From NCBI GenBank assembly GCA_964416155.1, contig CAYQCW010000003.1, positions 1 through 64,000 on the forward strand: 64,000 nt of DNA. The letters are read 5' to 3'. The stretch's first letter is position 1. Every line of letters starts with the position of its first letter. This document shows, in pieces, positions 57,983 to 64,000 of the stretch. The DNA is from an uncultured Nitrososphaerota archaeon. GTDB taxonomy: Archaea; Thermoproteota; EX4484-205; JAAOZP01. The notes under the pieces were generated by a model. That model was not told where the DNA came from. It worked only from the letters and a program-made list of their open reading frames with translations, and did no database searches. The position numbers and the translations under genes are program-made.

Positions 57983-58948
57983 TTAAAAAGATTGCGTGCC
58001 TATATTGACAACGTTGCCTGTTTCAGACGATTTGAAGCTTGATTCAACAATCTCCAAGGCTTTAACAGCATCCTCTTCCCCAGGGCCGGGTTTTACACTG
58101 TTAACAATGCATTCTAGGAAGTGTTTCAACTCGTGTCTAAGCGGCTCGCTCCACTCCGAGAACGGTGTTATCCTATCGTCTTTAGAGCTCAGCGTCACTT
58201 GCTGAGAAACCAGGTCTGCCTCAATCACTCCCTCCGAACCTATTATCTCGAGGTTCCTTATCTTGAAGGGTGTCAACCAGTTAGCCTGTATTATAGCCAT
58301 TTTCTCAGCCTTAAAAGTCAAGATTAGAGTGGCATAATCCTCATGAACCCTGTGCATCGATCTTCCCATCTTTGCATAAACCTTCAAAGGGTCTTCTGAG
58401 AAAACATGTCTCATCAAGTCTATGTCGTGTATCGCGGTGTCCAGCAGCACTCCTAAATCAGTTATTCTCTCAGGCCATCTTCTGACACGTGTCGCTGAAG
58501 CCATTATTATCTCCCCAACCGCCCCTTCGGCAACATAATTCTTAACCATGCTCACCGCCGGGTTAAACCTTTCAATGAACCCTACCATGAGCTTTACGCG
58601 CTCCCTCCTAGCCTGGTTGATGATTTCAAAGGCTTCTCTCAGATTCGGGGTGAACGGTTTTTCAATAAGCAGATACTTGAAGTTCTTAAGGATAAGCTGC
58701 AAAGCCACCTCCTTATGCGTTGAAGTTGGCGTTGAGACTACTGCACCGTCGTAAACGTTCTCAGGTATTTCTGAGACGCTGGAATAATAGGGCACGTTGT
58801 AAAGCCTGCCGTAGGTGCTGGCCTTCTCAACGTCTATGTCGCACACTCCTCCGAGCCCACCGAGCTCAGCGAGAACCCTGACATGGTTTTTCCCGAAGCC
58901 GCCTGTCCCGACGACGATTACCTTAGGCTTCTCCCTGCTCAGGTTCAA
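57983..58948 (-). CDS. Gfo/Idh/MocA oxidoreductase (UDP-sugar 3-dehydrogenase-like)
   Basis: VVGTGGFGKNH, IEKP, VGFIERFNPA, DTAIHDID, ANWLTPFKIR. Confidence 0.88.
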   Translation of the reverse strand: MNLSREKPKVIVVGTGGFGKNHVRVLAELGGLGGVCDIDVEKASTYGRLYNVPYYSSVSEIPENVYDGAVVSTPTSTHKEVALQLILKNFKYLLIEKPFTPNLREAFEIINQARRERVKLMVGFIERFNPAVSMVKNYVAEGAVGEIIMASATRVRRWPERITDLGVLLDTAIHDIDLMRHVFSEDPLKVYAKMGRSMHRVHEDYATLILTFKAEKMAIIQANWLTPFKIRNLEIIGSEGVIEADLVSQQVTLSSKDDRITPFSEWSEPLRHELKHFLECIVNSVKPGPGEEDAVKALEIVESSFKSSETGNVVNIGTQSF

Positions 58949-58961
58949 CAGTCCCCATGCT

Positions 58962-61430
58962 TCACATGAAGTCTTTAAGCTTTAGGCTCCTCCTGGGCGG
59001 CTCGATCTCTATGCCCAGCGGGTCGAGAACCTGCTCGAAAGTAGCCCTCATAACGCTCAAGTACTTCTCTAAGTCTATCTCCTCTATTCTAGCCATTTTA
59101 ACCGGCTTAACCCCTGTTTTAACCTTGACGTAAGATATTATGTCCCCGGCTCTCGCCTTGACGCCGAGCCCCCTTTCAAGCTGCTTAGCAGCCTTAACGT
59201 GTTGAGGAGTATTCTTATCATAGTTGTCCACCGGCTTACTCAGCATAACGTCGAAAGCAAGCTCCTCAAGGCTAAGCTGCCTGTTCATAAGCTTCTCAAC
59301 GTAGTCGTTCATCATGCTTTTTATGCTGGCCACAGCGGAGTTAAACTCCTCCTCGTTCCTAACCTTGCTGAGAATGCTCACCATGTCGTGGAAAGCCTGT
59401 TTCACGAATTTCGGGGTTGAGCTTTTCTTACCCACTAGGCCCTTTATGTCAACGTTACCGTCCTCAGTCACACCCAAGTAGTTCTTCTTACGCTGGCTGA
59501 AAACCCCGTAGCGGTAAACCTTGTCAATGTTAAGCTCAATACTGTACTTGTTCCTGACTAACTCGATGAGTTTCTCCACTTCCTCCGGCTTAGGGTTTCT
59601 CAGAAATATTGAGTCAGTGTCTCCGTAAACAACCTCTATTCCTAGGGCTTTAGCGGTTTCAACAAGCTCCGTGAAAATGCCTCTGCCTATCCATGTTACT
59701 GTTTCAGCTGCGCAGGGTGCGTAGAAGTGGAAGGAATCAGCCCCCATGACCCCGTAGCTAGCGTTTATAAACACTTTTATTGCTCTCTGCACAACATCGT
59801 AGAAAGACCATTTCTCCTCATCCCTTGTTTTCTTTGCAAGAGGCTGATAGTATTTGACGCGCAGCTCCCTGAGGGCGCCTATCACGGAGCTTTCAACACC
59901 CCTTCTCTTCCTGCAGATCCAATGCGGGGAATTCATCGGCGTGTTGCTTCCACACTCGTCGTGCCCACACCTAACTGTTTCATAGCTTATGTTGAAATTC
60001 ATTATTATGCTTGGATACAGCGAGGCGAAGTCGAGCACAACCAAGTTGAAATATAGACCCGGCTTCGGCTCAAGCACTATAGCACCTCTGTACTTCTTAC
60101 CCTTTATTATTGCTTCAGACACCCTTGCGCTTTTAAACTGGAGAATATCCTCCTGCCGAGGTATCAGGTAATTACTCCTTCTATGTATGCTTAGAAGCAT
60201 GCTTTTAATCCATGTTGAAACACCATGCCTAACCACATCCTCCAAGGGGAGTCTACTTATCCTCATGAAAAGGATGAGCAGCTTAAGAAGGAGATAGTTC
60301 TTGTTCGCAACCAGGTCGAAAGTTATCTCAGCATCTCTGAAACAGTATTCAGCAAGCTCCCTAGGCTTAAGCATCCCAATGTCTTCCTCTAAAGCTATCT
60401 TACCCTTGCCGACCAGCGCTTTTCCAATAGCGTCGAGCGTAGCCTCCTTGTAAACCCCGCCGTAAGCATAGTTCTGAATAGACTTGTTGAAGAAAACCCT
60501 GTAAAGATCTATGTGAACCCCGTAAACCAGATCCACATAGTCACGCCCCCTCTGCAGCGGCATTTCCCCCTCGACGGAGAGCCTGCTCGCCCTGTTGTAA
60601 AGATACAGGAGGTCAAACTTGTCCCCGTTGAAAGTAACTATTACAGGGTGCTTTCGAATCTCCTTTAAAACCTCTGAAAGCAGCCTCTTCTCGTCGGACA
60701 CGTGGATAATCTTCTTAACCCCATCGTCCTCCTCACCGTCAAAACCATCCAAGACATAAACTTTCTGAGTCCCAATGTTAGGCTTGAATGCAACGGCCGT
60801 CACAGGGTCCTCAGCCTTGTTAGCGTCAGGCACATGGTTTGGCCCCGGTGGCTTAACCTCTATATCTATGGATGATAGTTTCACGAATGGTATTGGCTGG
60901 TTGAGCGTCTCAACAAGCTCTTTAATCTCCGGGTAATTGGATACAGGCGGCTTAACAGCATCCTCCAAGACTGCTTCAACAGGCTGCTCAACCAGCCTGC
61001 CGTCAACAATAGAGTAGTAAAGCCCAGGCTTCTTCCCAGTGTCGTAAACATAGCACCAAACATAATGGATATCAGCCTCCCATGCTCTGCCAACAATCTC
61101 TCTTATGGATGTTGCTGTCCCGCCTATTGACAGAGGGTCTTTAGCAATAATCTTCCTGAAAACCTTCTCCCTGTCGTCAAGCAAATCATACTTCTTAACC
61201 TCTTCAATCCTGTCGAAGCCAGGGTGGCCCACCAGCTGCGGATTGCTCATCAACTCCTCCATGCTCAGATCAGTCAACAAGTAGGGCTGGTGGTTTTCAC
61301 CCGAGTGGAAAAGTACGATCTCCTGGGTTTCAGGATCATAGAGCTTCAAAACTATCCTCCTGCCTTCTCCGTCGTAAGAGGCGGAAACCAGCATAAGGTT
61401 TCTTCTCACACTCATACCGCGTTCCTTCAC
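58962..61430 (-). CDS. polB: Family B DNA polymerase (PolB1/Dpo1-type)
   Basis: Exonuclease motifs DIE, FNGDKFD, YCFRDA; polymerase motifs DFASLYPSI, KVFINASYG, YGDTDS. Confidence 0.95.
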   Translation of the reverse strand: MKERGMSVRRNLMLVSASYDGEGRRIVLKLYDPETQEIVLFHSGENHQPYLLTDLSMEELMSNPQLVGHPGFDRIEEVKKYDLLDDREKVFRKIIAKDPLSIGGTATSIREIVGRAWEADIHYVWCYVYDTGKKPGLYYSIVDGRLVEQPVEAVLEDAVKPPVSNYPEIKELVETLNQPIPFVKLSSIDIEVKPPGPNHVPDANKAEDPVTAVAFKPNIGTQKVYVLDGFDGEEDDGVKKIIHVSDEKRLLSEVLKEIRKHPVIVTFNGDKFDLLYLYNRASRLSVEGEMPLQRGRDYVDLVYGVHIDLYRVFFNKSIQNYAYGGVYKEATLDAIGKALVGKGKIALEEDIGMLKPRELAEYCFRDAEITFDLVANKNYLLLKLLILFMRISRLPLEDVVRHGVSTWIKSMLLSIHRRSNYLIPRQEDILQFKSARVSEAIIKGKKYRGAIVLEPKPGLYFNLVVLDFASLYPSIIMNFNISYETVRCGHDECGSNTPMNSPHWICRKRRGVESSVIGALRELRVKYYQPLAKKTRDEEKWSFYDVVQRAIKVFINASYGVMGADSFHFYAPCAAETVTWIGRGIFTELVETAKALGIEVVYGDTDSIFLRNPKPEEVEKLIELVRNKYSIELNIDKVYRYGVFSQRKKNYLGVTEDGNVDIKGLVGKKSSTPKFVKQAFHDMVSILSKVRNEEEFNSAVASIKSMMNDYVEKLMNRQLSLEELAFDVMLSKPVDNYDKNTPQHVKAAKQLERGLGVKARAGDIISYVKVKTGVKPVKMARIEEIDLEKYLSVMRATFEQVLDPLGIEIEPPRRSLKLKDFM

Positions 61431-61499
61431 TCAATAAATGTCTTCCGCAACACTATATAGGTTTATTTCCTGCCTGGAAGCATTAGCATTAAGAGGCTA

Positions 61500-61814
61500 A
61501 TGCCGGTTAAAGAGTACAGGGTTAGGTATCTGGTGGTTAAAACTGGAAACGTCCCCGCTGAAGACCGTAGGAGGCTTGTTGAACTCTTGAGGAACGAGTG
61601 TGAAAAACACCAGCCGGGCTTCCGTTTCAAAGTAGTCCGTGAAACAGGCGGGATTCTCGTCGTCAAGTGTCCACATAAAGTGGTACCTTCGGTCAGAAGC
61701 CTCTTAAACAGGCTTGCCGCAGACCAGCCCTCTTACAGCGTCCAGTTGATCGGTGTATCAGGCACCTTGAAGAAGGCTATCTGCAAGTTCTGCCGCGACA
61801 CGGATGTAGATTAG
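61500..61814 (+). CDS. rnp2: Ribonuclease P protein Pop5/Rpp14-like
   Basis: RVRYLVV, GILVVKC, GVSGTLKKA; upstream of psmA. Confidence 0.75.
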   Translation: MPVKEYRVRYLVVKTGNVPAEDRRRLVELLRNECEKHQPGFRFKVVRETGGILVVKCPHKVVPSVRSLLNRLAADQPSYSVQLIGVSGTLKKAICKFCRDTDVD

Positions 61815-61860
61815 GGCAAAGATTATAAAGGGATGGCCAACCCTTATCCCCGAGGAAGTA

Positions 61861-62565
61861 ATGATACCCGGCTACGAAAGACTATACGGATTCTCACCCG
61901 ACGGAAGAATCCTTCAAGTAGATTATGCTATGGTAATGGTTAATAATAGTCCGACTGCGTGGGGGATTCAGGTTGAGAAGGGTATTGCGCTGGCTGGTTT
62001 GGAGAAGAAGATTGATATGCTTCAGGATAGGACTTTCAGCCAGAAGCTGTTTCAGATTGACGAGCATATCGCTACGGTTGTGGCTGGTTTTAACTCTGAT
62101 GCGAGACTTCTGGTGGAGTATGCTAGGAACGAGGCGCAGATTAACAGGCTTCTGTATGATGAGCCGATTGACGTGGAGTTTCTAGTCAGGAGGCTGAGCA
62201 ATACTGTTCAGTCGTATACGCAGCATGCTGGAATGAGGCCTTTCGGCATCTCTATGCTTATTGGCGGTGTTGACATGGTTGGTGCCAGCCTGTATCAGCT
62301 TGACCCGACTGGGATATACTTTAAGTATTTCGCATCGGCTATCGGTGTGGGTAGAGAGGACATATTGAAATATTTCAGGGATAACTATTCTATCAGCGCG
62401 AGCCTTGACGAGGCGATAACGCTGGGCATACGGGGAAGCGTGGAGGTTTTGAAGGACGAGGTTGCTCCCGACAGGCTTAGAATCGGCGTAATCAGTACGG
62501 ATGATAAGAAGTTCAGGGTTTTAAGCTTCGAAGAGACTAAGAAATATTACGAGAGGGCGAAGTAA
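61861..62565 (+). CDS. psmA: Proteasome alpha subunit
   Basis: FSPDGRILQVDYA, IDEHI, YTQHAGMRPFG. Confidence 0.95.
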   Translation: MIPGYERLYGFSPDGRILQVDYAMVMVNNSPTAWGIQVEKGIALAGLEKKIDMLQDRTFSQKLFQIDEHIATVVAGFNSDARLLVEYARNEAQINRLLYDEPIDVEFLVRRLSNTVQSYTQHAGMRPFGISMLIGGVDMVGASLYQLDPTGIYFKYFASAIGVGREDILKYFRDNYSISASLDEAITLGIRGSVEVLKDEVAPDRLRIGVISTDDKKFRVLSFEETKKYYERAK

Positions 62566-62571
62566 GCAGAG

Positions 62572-63261
62572 TTGAGCAGGCCTTCAACAATAAGCCGGCT
62601 TACTCTTCACGGTGAGAAGTTTGAGATAATTGTTGCACCAGATCCTGCGCTCAGCTTCAAGCTGACGGGGAAGGGGGATGTGAGGAAGATTCTCCTGGTG
62701 GATGAGGTGTACTCTGACTCTAAAAAAGGGCTTCGCGTACCGTCTGAGAAGCTTAAAAAGTTCTTTGGAACAATAGACGTGTACACGATTGCTGAGAGAA
62801 TACTTCGAGAGGGGGAATTGCAGCTCACCGGCGAGCAGAGACGTAGGATGATTGAGAGCAAGAGGCAGCAGATAGTGGTGATGCTTTCCAAGCTCCTGCT
62901 TGAGCCTTCGATGGGCAACCCTATTCCCTCCCTCAGGATTGAACAGTCCCTTAGCCAGTCCAGTGTCTCAATAGATCCTTTCAAGCCTCCTGAGGAACAA
63001 GTTAAGAACGTGGTTAAGGCTTTAAGACAGGTTCTCCAGTTTAAGGTTAACGAGGTTGTTTTAACGCTTACATGTCCCCAGACACTGTCTAACGATGTCT
63101 ACGGGTTTGCGAACTCGATGGGAGAGGTTGACCAGACTAGGGTTCAGAAGGATAAGAGTGTTAAAATAGTCGTCAGAATGCCCTCTGTAACCATGTCCTA
63201 TTTCCTAGAGGGCTTGGGCAAGAAGTATGGCGACCAGGTAAAAGTTGATATAGGGGTTTAA
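62572..63261 (+). CDS. Ribosome maturation factor SBDS/SDO1
   Basis: GEKFEI, VYSDSKKG, GELQLT, IDPFKP. Confidence 0.93.
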   Translation: MSRPSTISRLTLHGEKFEIIVAPDPALSFKLTGKGDVRKILLVDEVYSDSKKGLRVPSEKLKKFFGTIDVYTIAERILREGELQLTGEQRRRMIESKRQQIVVMLSKLLLEPSMGNPIPSLRIEQSLSQSSVSIDPFKPPEEQVKNVVKALRQVLQFKVNEVVLTLTCPQTLSNDVYGFANSMGEVDQTRVQKDKSVKIVVRMPSVTMSYFLEGLGKKYGDQVKVDIGV

Positions 63262-63294
63262 GCACCACCCTAGCAATAGGAAGGAGGCTAAGGT

Positions 63295-63993
63295 TTGTTG
63301 CGAAGCAACGAGCAGCAGAGACAAAGGCCCATAGTCGTTCCAGGGGAGTATGTTGGAGACAGTAGGTTCAATATACCAGGTTTAAACGTTTACAGGCTGT
63401 CGGACAGAATGCTTGCAACCACAGTTGGACTTGTTAGAACCGACGGGAAGCGTGTCGACGTTGTAGCTTTAAAATCTTTCTACCAGCCTAAAGTTGGCGA
63501 CCTGGTTGTGGGGATTGTTAAAGAACCGGGTACAGCAGGCTGGACAGTTGACATAAACTCTCCCTTCCTAGCCTTCCTACCCTTGTCGGAATACCCCGAG
63601 AAAAGGATCCGCTTGTCGAGGGACAGTATTGGCAGGATTCTGGAGGCGGGAACGGTTCTCGTCGGGCTTATTAAAGACGCTTCGATCTTCTCATCACCCG
63701 TTTTAACGCTGAAGGGTAAGGGGCTTGGAGTTGTTTCAAACGGGTTCCTGCTTAGCATAACCGCGTCGAAAGTACCGCGTCTTATAGGGAAGAAAGGCTC
63801 AATGCTTTCCACCATAGAGAAGGGGGCTAACGTTAAGCTTACAGTCGGCCAGAACGGGCGTTTAATAGTTCATTCAGAAGACTTAGACAGAGTTATGAAG
63901 GTTAAGGGGGTTATCGGAATGATAGAGAAGGAGTCGCATGTCTATGGTTTAACTGAAAGAGTAGAAGCACTGCTCGCGGGAAGGAGGCCGTAG
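63295..63993 (+). CDS. rrp4: Exosome RNA-binding subunit Rrp4
   Basis: VVPGE, YQPKVGDLVVG, VPRLIGKKGSM, VGQNG. Confidence 0.94.
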   Translation: MLRSNEQQRQRPIVVPGEYVGDSRFNIPGLNVYRLSDRMLATTVGLVRTDGKRVDVVALKSFYQPKVGDLVVGIVKEPGTAGWTVDINSPFLAFLPLSEYPEKRIRLSRDSIGRILEAGTVLVGLIKDASIFSSPVLTLKGKGLGVVSNGFLLSITASKVPRLIGKKGSMLSTIEKGANVKLTVGQNGRLIVHSEDLDRVMKVKGVIGMIEKESHVYGLTERVEALLAGRRP

Positions 63994-64000
63994 TATAAAT

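Overview
Archaeal chromosome segment of TACK/Thermoproteota type: unsplit RpoA, single RpoB, Dpo1-type PolB, EndA with a crenarchaeal specificity loop and an intron-split cbf5. The xylan and sugar genes would fit Brockarchaeota/Bathyarchaeia-like heterotrophs, but taxonomy cannot be fixed from this window. From about 13.4 to 64 kb it is mostly core information-processing genes: ribosomal protein superoperon, SecY/SecE/FtsY, RNA polymerase, GlyRS, FEN1, PolB and the proteasome/exosome cluster. Positions 1-13.3 kb and 20-26 kb are accessory. The most striking feature is a 2.8-kb integrase-less element inserted in tRNA-Leu(TAG), bounded by a perfect 76-bp direct repeat (5748-5823 / 8575-8650). 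It carries a three-gene operon: a divergent TGT-fold protein with an extra Cys-rich N-terminus, a free-standing double-motif LAGLIDADG endonuclease and an unknown ORF. This is a candidate new modification/endonuclease or homing-type selfish system. Other notable observations are a 13-nt BHB/BHL mRNA intron in the catalytic Asp codon of cbf5, a two-intron tRNA-Tyr next to endA, CTG start codons for rpl39e and rpl11, a multiply frameshifted nep1, a tail-less stalk protein uL10/P0, and a membrane-anchored GH10 xylanase plus xylulokinase.
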